A DNA stretch of 50,933 nt, from positions 1 to 50,933 of the forward strand of contig CAZEXO010000004.1 in NCBI GenBank assembly GCA_964516545.1, given 5' to 3'. The notes beneath the pieces are model-generated. The model ran no database searches. It was given only the letters and a program-made list of their open reading frames with translations, and was not told the origin of the DNA. The stretch comes from an uncultured Melioribacteraceae bacterium. Lineage in GTDB: Bacteria; Bacteroidota; Ignavibacteria; Ignavibacteriales; Melioribacteraceae. The first letter of the stretch is position 1, and each line of letters begins with the position of its first letter. The position numbers and the translations under genes were made by a program. Of the stretch, positions 27,893 through 37,120 are shown in pieces.

Positions 27893-30274
27893 ATGATTCG
27901 GAATTTTTTAAAAGTAATTTTCAGGAATATGAAAAAAAACAAAATGTTCACGATCATAAATATCGTGGGGCTCTCTGTTGGCATTGCCGGATTTCTGTTG
28001 ATTTTTTCTTACGTGAAATATGAGCTTGAATATGATACTTTTCATAAGGATGCGGAAAGAATATTCAGGGTAGTCACCGATGTAAGTATGCGTAACGGAA
28101 GCCGCATGAATACATCTCTGACATCACCAATGGCAATTGATTATTTGCAGCTTGATTTTCCCCGGATTCAATCAGCTACAAGAATAGTTCCTGCCGGTGA
28201 AACATCTGTAAAACATGGTGAAAATATCTTTTATGAAGAAGCTTTTTGGTTTGTTGACTCAACATTTTTTGATGTATTTGATTTTGAGGTAATAGAAGGC
28301 GACAAAAATCTTATGCTGAAAAACCGAAATTCAATAGTTATGACAAATTCTGTTGCCCGTAAATATTTCGGTGAGAAAAATCCTATCGGACAAACAGTGA
28401 TTGTTAATGCAGATGAAAAATTTACCGTAACCGGTATAGTGAAAGACCTTCCTTCGAATTCGCATCTTCGATTTGAAGTGTTGGCTTATTATCCCGGACT
28501 TCGGAGTTTTGGACTCAAAAACTGGGGAGCCTTATCTCTTTATACTTATGTGAAATTAAACAAGTCAGATGACAGCAAAGTAATTGATAAAGGATTCACG
28601 GATTTTGTTACTTTAAGAATGGGAGAACAATTTAAGGATATTTTTAAACTTCATCTTGAACCGATGCTTTCTATTCATTTACATTCGCAAAGAGAACATG
28701 ATTTTTCCGCACGAACTGACGTTCAACAAATTTATATTTTCTCAATCGTTGCGTTTTTAATTGTTATTGTTGCCTGCATTAATTTTATGAATCTGTCTAT
28801 CGCCCGATCTTCAAAAAGAACGCTTGAAATCGGAGTAAGAAAAGTTCTGGGTGCTGAAAGAAAGCAATTGATTTTTCAGCATCTCGGAGAATCTGTTATT
28901 TTAACTTCAATGGCTGTTTCATTAAGTGTAGTTTTATATTTTTTATTACTGCCCGAACTGAATAATTTAAGTGGGTTGCAGATTGGCAGCAAGCCGTTCA
29001 TCATATTTGTTACATCGCTTATCATTGTTGTTTCAGTTGGAGTTTTATCGGGATTTTACCCTGCGCTTGTTCTGTCATCATTTAAGCCGATAAATATTCT
29101 CTGTAAATCAGGGGTTAAAACAAAATCAGGAAATTATCTTCGTAAAGGATTGGTGATATTTCAATTCACTGTTACAATTGGATTGCTGATTTGTACCGGA
29201 ATTGTTTATCGGCAAATGGAGTACATCAGAGATAAGGATCAGGGTTTTACAAAAGAAGGAATAGTATTTATTCAGATCAGAGATGACGCAGTACAAATCA
29301 AAATAGAAGTTCTGAAAAATGAATTAAGAAAACTTGTTGATGTTGAAAATGTTTTTACAGCATCAACAGTTCCCGGATTTAACACCCATCAAAATGCTTA
29401 CAATCTCCCGGATTCAGGCGGACAAGCATATGTTTTACACACTATTTACGCTGACGATAATTTTATAAAAGCATTAAAAATCAGTATGGTGGAGGGAAGG
29501 GATTTTTCGAAAGAGTTTACGACTGAAATTAAAACAGGAATAATTATAAACGAGACAGCCGCGAAAAGATTTTCATGGAAAGAACCAGTCGGGAAAGAGT
29601 TACACTGGGCGGTTGATGCGGCGATGAATGATACAACACGGGTTATCGGTAAAGTTGTTGGTGTTGTGAGAGACTTTCATTTTCAATCTATGTTTAACAA
29701 AATTGAGCCGCTTGTAATTCGTTATGATATTTCATTAGCGAGATTTATAGGTATAAATATTCGGACGTATAAAACTGCAAATATAATAAACAGCATTAAA
29801 CGAGTCTGGGAAAAAGTGTATCCCGATATTCCCGTCAATTGCCAGTTCTTGAAGGATGTATACAATGATATGTATGATAGAGAAATAAGACAGGGGAAAA
29901 TGTTTTCTATTTTCACATTGCTTGCAATAAGCATTTCATGTCTGGGATTATTGGGACTTGCGACATTTGCGGTTGAAAGAAAAACAAAAGAAATTGGAAT
30001 TAGAAAAGTGATGGGAGCGTCAATATCAAATATTGTGACAAAACTTTCTGTCGAATATTCTTTTCTTGTTCTGATATCGAACATACTAGCTTGGCCGATA
30101 TCTTTTTATCTGATGAAGAACTGGATGGAGCGATTTGAATACAGAACAGGGCTATCGTTAATTCCTTTTATAATCTCGGCAATTATCGTTTTTATTCTGG
30201 CGTTTAGTGTTGTGGGAATTATTTCAGCTAAAGCTGCTATGAATAATCCGGTAAAGGTATTACGCGATGAATAA
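27893..30274 (+). CDS. ABC transporter permease, MacB/FtsX family (duplicated FtsX domains)
   Basis: 793 aa. N-terminal FLKVIFRNMKKNKMFTIINIVGLSVG is typical. Two periplasmic MacB_PCD-like regions, each followed by an FtsX 3-TM bundle (EIGVRKVLGA, EIGIRKVMGA). Confidence 0.9.
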   Translation: MIRNFLKVIFRNMKKNKMFTIINIVGLSVGIAGFLLIFSYVKYELEYDTFHKDAERIFRVVTDVSMRNGSRMNTSLTSPMAIDYLQLDFPRIQSATRIVPAGETSVKHGENIFYEEAFWFVDSTFFDVFDFEVIEGDKNLMLKNRNSIVMTNSVARKYFGEKNPIGQTVIVNADEKFTVTGIVKDLPSNSHLRFEVLAYYPGLRSFGLKNWGALSLYTYVKLNKSDDSKVIDKGFTDFVTLRMGEQFKDIFKLHLEPMLSIHLHSQREHDFSARTDVQQIYIFSIVAFLIVIVACINFMNLSIARSSKRTLEIGVRKVLGAERKQLIFQHLGESVILTSMAVSLSVVLYFLLLPELNNLSGLQIGSKPFIIFVTSLIIVVSVGVLSGFYPALVLSSFKPINILCKSGVKTKSGNYLRKGLVIFQFTVTIGLLICTGIVYRQMEYIRDKDQGFTKEGIVFIQIRDDAVQIKIEVLKNELRKLVDVENVFTASTVPGFNTHQNAYNLPDSGGQAYVLHTIYADDNFIKALKISMVEGRDFSKEFTTEIKTGIIINETAAKRFSWKEPVGKELHWAVDAAMNDTTRVIGKVVGVVRDFHFQSMFNKIEPLVIRYDISLARFIGINIRTYKTANIINSIKRVWEKVYPDIPVNCQFLKDVYNDMYDREIRQGKMFSIFTLLAISISCLGLLGLATFAVERKTKEIGIRKVMGASISNIVTKLSVEYSFLVLISNILAWPISFYLMKNWMERFEYRTGLSLIPFIISAIIVFILAFSVVGIISAKAAMNNPVKVLRDE

Positions 30275-30395
30275 AATATTCGGTGATTGCGAAACAGATT
30301 CGGATTGTAATGATTCAAAAAAATAATTAGTTTACCCGGTGAGGATTGACCATAGAGACTCGGAAAAGTCTTTTTATAAAATTTAGGAATACAGA

Positions 30396-30968
30396 ATGGC
30401 TCTGAAAATTTCGAAAATATTATTTCTTTTTATGTCAGGAGTATATCTCATACTCTTTATTGGGTGTGAAAAAAAAACTGAAGATTACAATTCCGTACTA
30501 ATGAAAAAAGAAAAAAACTTTCTCTCTGCGAAAAATTATCTAATTGAAAAATATAATACTCGTTTGTTGATAGACTCATCCACAGTATTAACAAATGAAT
30601 TACAAAAGAATATTCTTAAATCAGGAACTGTGGTGCTGGATTCTATAGTGAAATCATTTTATCAACAGGATGGAAAATATTTTTTAAATGTTGAAGTATG
30701 CGGGGACAGTTCTCAAAAAATAATCGCAAGACTCAACTGTGATGAAGAGATCAAAAAATCATTCCGTGAAATAAACCACTCATCCTTACTTATTGCAGCT
30801 CGAATAACCAGGGTTGAAGAACTTATCGAAGATTATGTTTCAGAGGATGATTTAATTCACTCCTCTGTTGTTTTGAAACGCGAAGAGATTGTTTTATACG
30901 GGGAATGTTATGAATTATTGAAAAAGCCTGATGTTTATGATTTCGATAAAATGAATGATGAAGGATAA
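30396..30968 (+). CDS. hypothetical lipoprotein
   Basis: 190 aa. Signal peptide ending in the lipobox LFIGC. No family recognised. Confidence 0.6.
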   Translation: MALKISKILFLFMSGVYLILFIGCEKKTEDYNSVLMKKEKNFLSAKNYLIEKYNTRLLIDSSTVLTNELQKNILKSGTVVLDSIVKSFYQQDGKYFLNVEVCGDSSQKIIARLNCDEEIKKSFREINHSSLLIAARITRVEELIEDYVSEDDLIHSSVVLKREEIVLYGECYELLKKPDVYDFDKMNDEG

Positions 30969-30997
30969 TTCAAAGAACCACAACAGGGAAATATTTT

Positions 30998-31156
30998 ATG
31001 AGTTTATACACAATTGTTTTTATTCTTGTAACTGTATTGATTCTTGTCGGGCTTTCTTTTTTCGGTATGTTTATCGGATGGCTTGACAGAAAAATAGATA
31101 AGATGGACCGATTAGGAACGAAGCGAACCGAAAAAACTTCCAAAGAATCAAAGTAG
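30998..31156 (+). CDS. candidate small single-pass membrane protein (below the ORF-track cut-off)
   Basis: My own translation gives MSLYTIVFILVTVLILVGLSFFGMFIGWLDRKIDKMDRLGTKRTEKTSKESK (52 aa). AGGGAA lies 8 nt upstream. One TM helix plus a basic tail. The 3' end overlaps the convergent hflX stop by 9 nt. Confidence 0.35.
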   Translation: MSLYTIVFILVTVLILVGLSFFGMFIGWLDRKIDKMDRLGTKRTEKTSKESK

Positions 31157-32425
31157 CTTACTTTCGTAAATTTTTCTCAACCTGTTGTAATTTGGGCTAT
31201 CCGTTCTGAAAGTTACCACAACCTTTTCATCAATATATTTAACTGAAATCACTTCCGTTGAAGCATGCAATTGAGAAATTATTTTTGATTCAACGGCATT
31301 AAGAGTGATGGTCTCTTCAATAAATTTATTTGAATAAAAATCGTTGAGACGTTCTTTCAATACTGAAATATTAATTCCTCTTGCCGCAGAAATGATAATG
31401 CTGTCATTAAACTTATTACGAACGTACTCAATTATATTTTTGTCCGACAGGGCATCGACTTTATTAAAGATTTTTAATTGTTTCTTTTTATCACAGTCGA
31501 GTTCCTTAAGAGTTTCATCAACCACACGTATGTGATCTTCAAAATATGGATGCGATATATCGATTACGTGTAAAATGTAATCGGCATCTTTAACAACATT
31601 CAGGGTAGTTTTGAAAGACGCAACTAGATGATGCGGAAGCTTACGAATGAAACCGACTGTGTCGCTTAGCATAATTTCTTTATTCTTTTCCAGCTGAACC
31701 GATCGTGTTGTTGAATCGAGTGTGGCGAAAAGTTTATCTTCAGCTAAAACATCCGAGCCGGTTAACTGATTAAGCAAAGTTGATTTACCTGCATTTGTGT
31801 AACCTACAAGGGACACGTTGATGTGTTCTTTTCTTTTGGTGCTTTTAATTGTTGTTTGCGATTCAATTTTTCCAAGTCGTTCTTTCAGTTTTGCTATACG
31901 CGTGCGGATAATCCGTCTGTCGGTTTCTATTTGTGTTTCACCCGGGCCCTTGGTTCCGATTCCACCATATTGTTTTGAAAGGTGTGTCCATGCTCTTGAT
32001 AATCTAGGGAGCATATACTGAAGCTGAGCCAGTTCCACCTGAGTTTTAGCTTCACGTGTTTGAGCGCGTGAGGCGAAAATATCAAGTATTAATCCACTGC
32101 GATCGATTATTTTTTTGTTCATCAATTTTTCAAGATTACGAACCTGAGTTGGCGTCAGATCATCGTCAAATATAATAATGTCGATGTCATTCAGCTCGAT
32201 AAGTTGTGCGACTTTTTCAGCCTTACCTTTACCAATATAAAATGCGGTATCCGGTTTTGCCCTATCCTGCAAAATTTTAAAAATAGTTTCTGCGCCGGCT
32301 GTATCGGTTAATCTTTCCAATTCATCGAGATGTTCTTCCACAACCACTTTACTTTCTCTCCCGATTCTTAACGAGATTAAAACGGCACGTTCTAACTTAT
32401 CTGATTTTATAATATCGATTGACAT
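31148..32425 (-). CDS. hflX: GTPase HflX
   Basis: 425 aa. HflX N-terminal domain, then the G domain (GYTNAGKSTLLN, DTVGF, NKVD). Confidence 0.95.
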   Translation of the reverse strand: MSIDIIKSDKLERAVLISLRIGRESKVVVEEHLDELERLTDTAGAETIFKILQDRAKPDTAFYIGKGKAEKVAQLIELNDIDIIIFDDDLTPTQVRNLEKLMNKKIIDRSGLILDIFASRAQTREAKTQVELAQLQYMLPRLSRAWTHLSKQYGGIGTKGPGETQIETDRRIIRTRIAKLKERLGKIESQTTIKSTKRKEHINVSLVGYTNAGKSTLLNQLTGSDVLAEDKLFATLDSTTRSVQLEKNKEIMLSDTVGFIRKLPHHLVASFKTTLNVVKDADYILHVIDISHPYFEDHIRVVDETLKELDCDKKKQLKIFNKVDALSDKNIIEYVRNKFNDSIIISAARGINISVLKERLNDFYSNKFIEETITLNAVESKIISQLHASTEVISVKYIDEKVVVTFRTDSPNYNRLRKIYESKLL

Positions 32426-32428
32426 ACA

Positions 32429-34480
32429 CTACTCTTTGTTGATGTTTATAATTTCATTTTTGGAATTTTTAGCCACAAACATTTCTGCAAGCGCAAAAAT
32501 TATGGCAAATAAAACGAAATGTTTCCATATTTCAAAACCAAGGTTCAATTCTTCGAGTTTTGTTTTAATGTCATCATTTCTCGAAATTGTTTTTGTGTCA
32601 AGACCATAATTTTCAAATAATGTGATTATTTCATCTTTCGTGTAGTAATTGTTTTCTGATTCCATGGGATCAACATTAGCCGCGACGGCCGCTAAGATTT
32701 TTTCACTCGCTAAGAAATTGTAAAAGCCGGCTTTGTCTGTTTTATTAAATGAAATGTTCTTTTTGTTTACAATGGTTTCGTTCGAAATGTATTCTTCCTG
32801 ATTATCCGGTGAAATTATTTTTAATTGGTCAGGAATTCTATCAATCATCAAAGAAATATTTTGACCGGATGTAATCGACTCTGATGAGAAATCACTTGAG
32901 AGATAAAAAACCGATTTAAGCACAAGCGGAGCGAAAATACTTTTGAGGGGATAATTTGACCAGTCAAGAGTCGGTGAAACACTACAGAATAACATTTTGC
33001 CCGATTCTGATTTTACTTCTGATAAAAATGGGGAGCCGTCACTCAATCTGATAATCGGAATTTCATTAACTGAAAGAGTCCGTTTCATGTTCTTGAAAAT
33101 ATCGGGAGATGATATTCTTTCTTTTTCATTTTTATAAAGATCAACAAGAAGCGGATGCTCAAATAAAATATCCTGATACTTTTCATTTGCATCAATCTGC
33201 AGGGATGAAGGTGAAAGACCTGCAGTTTTTAGTACTGAATTGTAAATTCCCGCGTTAACATTTTCCCCGGGGAATACTATTGTATTTTGTCCCGAAGATA
33301 CAAGCTTTTCGAGATCAACAAATTTATTATCGATAAAAATAATATTCACAGACGATTTGTTCACCGAAATGTTATTCGTTCTGCTGATTGGAAATGTTCT
33401 AACATTTGTTGAACCTGAGTTATCAAGAGCGTTTTTTACAAACAGATAATTTTCGGGCTGGTCGCTGAAAACATTTACCTGTATTACGGAGGGTAGATAA
33501 AAACTCAGGTAAGCCCGGTTGTCATTGCTTATATCATCTTCTTCAATTTCAATGGTAACAAAAATAAACCCGCTGTCGGCTAGTGTTGAACTAAATGAAA
33601 TGGTTTTTGACTGATTCGATAACAGGTCAAAACTTTTCAGACTGCGACGGTTACCATTGATAAACAGTGATGCCGTTTGATTATTAATGTCTCTGTTCGA
33701 ATGATTGAAAACGATAGCCTCAAAAGTAATATCGATACCGGGGCGAATGATTTGGTTTTTCATTTGCAGTCCGGTAACAGAACGGTTATCGATTTCAGCA
33801 GGAATAAAATCCACGAGCACAAATGATTTTATCCGCCCGGCAATTTCAGTCGGTATAATCTTTCTTAAAGATGTTGTGTCAAAATTTGATTTTTGAAAAT
33901 CAGAAAGAAGGTAAATCTCATTAAAGAATTTTTTATCCACCGAAGTTATTCTGAAAGCTCTATCAAGGGCTTCGTTGATATTACCCCTGGTTTCTTTCAG
34001 TGTAATTTTTTCGGGGAAATCGATTTTACCTGAGTTGCCGGATTTATAGAACAGAGAATCGCCCGTTGTTGTAATTATGTAATATTTGTTATTTCCCGAA
34101 ATATTTTCAGACAATAACTTAATGATAGATTTTGCCAGATTGAAAAGAGATCCGCTGTTTTCAACATCATTCATGCTGAAAGAATTATCAAGGATGAAAA
34201 TAATATTTTTTTCTGTTGAGGATTCGGAAATTGGAATGTTAGTTTTGATTGTTGGACGCGCGAAAGCCATTACAACACAAATAATTATCATCACTCTAAG
34301 AACCATGAGCAAAATTCTTTTGAATTTCAGTCTGCGGATTTTGGTTTGCTGCAATTCCTTCAGGAATCTTATTGAGCTAAATTCGATTCTTTTTAGTTTT
34401 CGCAGATTTAGAAAATGAAGAAGAATCGGCACCGCTGCGGCAATTAATCCGAATAATATGGCGGGGTTTAAAAATGTCAT
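32429..34480 (-). CDS. BatA_N (aerotolerance-regulator N-terminal) / vWA domain membrane protein
   Basis: 683 aa. N-terminal double-TM motif FLNPAILFGLIAAAVPILLHFLNLRK. MIDAS-like FILDNSFSM (DxSxS). C-terminal TM helix. Confidence 0.8.
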   Translation of the reverse strand: MTFLNPAILFGLIAAAVPILLHFLNLRKLKRIEFSSIRFLKELQQTKIRRLKFKRILLMVLRVMIIICVVMAFARPTIKTNIPISESSTEKNIIFILDNSFSMNDVENSGSLFNLAKSIIKLLSENISGNNKYYIITTTGDSLFYKSGNSGKIDFPEKITLKETRGNINEALDRAFRITSVDKKFFNEIYLLSDFQKSNFDTTSLRKIIPTEIAGRIKSFVLVDFIPAEIDNRSVTGLQMKNQIIRPGIDITFEAIVFNHSNRDINNQTASLFINGNRRSLKSFDLLSNQSKTISFSSTLADSGFIFVTIEIEEDDISNDNRAYLSFYLPSVIQVNVFSDQPENYLFVKNALDNSGSTNVRTFPISRTNNISVNKSSVNIIFIDNKFVDLEKLVSSGQNTIVFPGENVNAGIYNSVLKTAGLSPSSLQIDANEKYQDILFEHPLLVDLYKNEKERISSPDIFKNMKRTLSVNEIPIIRLSDGSPFLSEVKSESGKMLFCSVSPTLDWSNYPLKSIFAPLVLKSVFYLSSDFSSESITSGQNISLMIDRIPDQLKIISPDNQEEYISNETIVNKKNISFNKTDKAGFYNFLASEKILAAVAANVDPMESENNYYTKDEIITLFENYGLDTKTISRNDDIKTKLEELNLGFEIWKHFVLFAIIFALAEMFVAKNSKNEIININKE

Positions 34481-35607
34481 GAATTCTTTCTTGGGGTTTT
34501 TAATGATTGTTGATAAATATCAATCACTTTGTCAGTCAGGTATTCAACGTCAAAATATTCAACAGCTCTTTTTCTTCCTGAAAGTCCGAATTGTTCCCTT
34601 TTATCTTTTGAAAGAATTAATAACCTGAGTTTTTCTGCAAGATCACTTGCGTTTTGTTTTTGAAAAAAGTATCCGGTTTCATTGTTGATCACGATATCCA
34701 AAACTCCATCTGAATTTGAGCAGACAACAGGCTTAGCCATGCTCATGGCTTCAACGAGAGCAATTCCGAAAGCTTCAGAATGAGAAGGAAAAGCAAATAT
34801 ATCCATAGATGAAAGTATGTCCGGTGTATCACTCCTGAACCCCGTGAATATTATCTTTTCGTTCAGGGAATATTTTTTAACCATTTCAATTATTGATTTA
34901 CCGTATTCATCCTCGCCGCGGCTTGGTTCGCCGACAATCATAAATTTCAGATTATTAAATTCAGCCGATAAAATTCCGGCAGCTTCAATAAATTCTTCAT
35001 GACCTTTCCCGGGACTGAAACGGGCAAGCATTCCAACCACAATTTCATTTTCATTTATTCCTAATTCATTTCTTGCTAATTCTCTTTTGCCTTTTGAAGG
35101 ATCGAATTTTTTCGTGTCAACGGAATTATGTAAAAGTAATATTTTATTTTCGGTTAACGGACATGTATCAAGAAGATTTGATTTTATAACATTGCTTATT
35201 GCCAAAGCAAAAGTAACTCTGTTATAAATTATCCTGTGTAAGAAATCTTTCTTGATAATAAAAGAGCCAACCTGTTTAGTTAATAATAAGGGGATGTTTT
35301 TCGAAATCATTTTAAGAGCCGGACTTAAAATCCATAAGTCTTTTGATGCCTGAGTGTGGACAAGATCATAATTGTTTTTTTTTATCAGCGAAAATACTTT
35401 TAAAACCGAGAGAGGATGAAAATAACCGGTGGCTTTTATTCCGTGGACTGTGATCCCTTTTTCCTTAGCCTGCTTAAAAATTTTAGAATCTGTAAAACAC
35501 AAAAGTTCCGTGTGAATATTTCTTTTTAGGAGTTGTTCGACGGAGGTAATAGTGAACATTTCCATTCCACCCCAACTTCTGGAGAGGCATGAATAAAGTA
35601 TTTTCAT
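34477..35607 (-). CDS. glycosyltransferase family 4 (GT-B)
   Basis: I chose the start at the internal ATG 35607 (MKILYSCLSRSWGGMEMF), which forms an ATGA overlap with the upstream stop. C-terminal FAFPSHSEAFGIALVEAM (the E-x7-E region). Confidence 0.9.
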   Translation of the reverse strand: MKILYSCLSRSWGGMEMFTITSVEQLLKRNIHTELLCFTDSKIFKQAKEKGITVHGIKATGYFHPLSVLKVFSLIKKNNYDLVHTQASKDLWILSPALKMISKNIPLLLTKQVGSFIIKKDFLHRIIYNRVTFALAISNVIKSNLLDTCPLTENKILLLHNSVDTKKFDPSKGKRELARNELGINENEIVVGMLARFSPGKGHEEFIEAAGILSAEFNNLKFMIVGEPSRGEDEYGKSIIEMVKKYSLNEKIIFTGFRSDTPDILSSMDIFAFPSHSEAFGIALVEAMSMAKPVVCSNSDGVLDIVINNETGYFFQKQNASDLAEKLRLLILSKDKREQFGLSGRKRAVEYFDVEYLTDKVIDIYQQSLKTPRKNS

Positions 35608-36938
35608 GGGTAGAGTTTCTCTATTTTTGATCCTTTGAAATAGTGGATTAGTATCTCGTCGAATTGATATCCGGTTTCGCTCATCACTGCGGCGCCTATC
35701 TGACAGAGTCCGACGCCATGTCCCCATCCCGCGCCGTATAAAATAAACTTTTCGGGAATTTCATTTACGATGTTTTTCCGCTCAACAACAAACGCTGAAC
35801 TGTAAAGATGCGATTCGGAAAGCGAACGTCTTATTTCAAGTTCCTTGCCAATTGTAACGGTCTTTTTTGTGCCGACAATCTTTAGTTTTATTATTCGGGA
35901 TGAGTTTCCTCGTTCAAGAGGCTCCAGATTTTTTATCTCGCCAAAATCAATACCTGTTCTTTTTTTTATCAGTTCTTTCAGATCATTCTGAGTGTATTCA
36001 ATCTTCCAACGGTAGAAATTTTTTGTCTCCTGATCGAAATCAACAAGTACCTGAGTTAAAATTTTTTCATCAGTGGTGTTACAAAAAGCAGCCGGTTTAT
36101 TTTTAATCCATTTCTCTGCGTTCTGTTCAAATGTAAAATCTGTGTTGTAATTATCCGGTTCAAACTTATAATCAGGCGCAACACTAAGATAATTGTGTTT
36201 AACATGCTGCCAAACATTTTCAAAGTTTTCCGTTAGTCCGCCGCAGCATTTTGAATAACGTGTATCGCATATTTCATCTTTATATTTGAGAACCAGACCT
36301 CTGGTAGCGCTGATGGCTTCCTGGGCAGTTTTTGAAATTACTTTTGTGATACCCTGATAACGCTGGCAATGATCGTCGGCGCATACATCATAACTTTTGT
36401 GATCTTCGCGGTCATACCATTTGATAATTTCATTTTCATTCGTGATCATTCCCTGAGTAGTTACATCTCGCTTTTTATTCGTTTCCATTTGGGAGAGAAT
36501 CCAGCTTCGCGATACGATGGCGTGTGTTTTTAAAAACTCAAGTGAACTGTGAGGACTCATTTCAGATGAAATAACACTTGTTAAATATTCTTCGAGCGGT
36601 AACTCGTTTATTGCGGTAAGTTTGTTATCTTCAATAATAAGTTTGAGGTTTCCGGGAAATCGCTGGTGTTCTTTCCGTTCCCAGTGAAAGTTTTTTCCAA
36701 TGACAACATTTTTTAACTGAATGGAACCTGTTTCGAAATCAACCGGTCGGAACGATACTTCACCGCTATGAAAAAAATCTGTATCCTTGAAATTGATTTT
36801 TATGGAACCCTCTTTAATCGTAGCTGTCATTTTTCCTTTCACCGGTTTGCTGATTTTATCATACGCGTACCCGCCGAATAAAATGAATTCAATTTCCGGG
36901 GCTGATAAAATGCCGACTCTTATTAAAGGTTCGTTCAT
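35604..36938 (-). CDS. SpoIID/LytB domain protein
   Basis: 444 aa. Conserved YSKCCGGLTE and GAGWGHGVGLCQIGA motifs of the SpoIID family. Confidence 0.85.
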   Translation of the reverse strand: MNEPLIRVGILSAPEIEFILFGGYAYDKISKPVKGKMTATIKEGSIKINFKDTDFFHSGEVSFRPVDFETGSIQLKNVVIGKNFHWERKEHQRFPGNLKLIIEDNKLTAINELPLEEYLTSVISSEMSPHSSLEFLKTHAIVSRSWILSQMETNKKRDVTTQGMITNENEIIKWYDREDHKSYDVCADDHCQRYQGITKVISKTAQEAISATRGLVLKYKDEICDTRYSKCCGGLTENFENVWQHVKHNYLSVAPDYKFEPDNYNTDFTFEQNAEKWIKNKPAAFCNTTDEKILTQVLVDFDQETKNFYRWKIEYTQNDLKELIKKRTGIDFGEIKNLEPLERGNSSRIIKLKIVGTKKTVTIGKELEIRRSLSESHLYSSAFVVERKNIVNEIPEKFILYGAGWGHGVGLCQIGAAVMSETGYQFDEILIHYFKGSKIEKLYP

Positions 36939-37120
36939 GTTTAATTTCTTACTTTTTTATTCTACGCAAATATGGTCATTTTGAGAGAGTTTTGCACGCG
37001 TTTGTTGGCGCTGGTTTAGGACCGCCCGCCCTGGCAAATTCCACAATTAAATTCTTGTGTATTAATATTTATATCATAATTTGTGCTATCATATAATTAT
37101 CAATACGTGGAGTTAGCTAA

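Noticed and set aside
35608-35727. 40-codon N-terminal extension of the GT4 ORF (MGTWRRTLSDRRRSDERN...)
   Set aside because: It overlaps the 3' end of the SpoIID-like gene and is Arg-rich and non-homologous. The internal ATG at 35607 gives the typical GT4 N-terminus and an ATGA coupling overlap.
36985-37045. Locally GC-rich patch (GCACGCGTTTGTTGGCGCTGGTTTAGGACCGCCCGCCCTGGC) in the AT-rich divergent promoter region
   Set aside because: I could draw only 4-bp complementary segments and found no convincing fold or repeat. It holds only a 15-codon ORF. It may be a regulator site, but I cannot support that from sequence alone.
37055-37097. Promoter candidates for the giant LTD gene: TTG-N19-TAATTTG, and TTATAT-N17-TATAAT at 37092-37097
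   Set aside because: The first misses the TAnnTTTG spacing by one base and the second has a poor -35. In AT-rich DNA such matches are expected by chance, so I did not list them as features.
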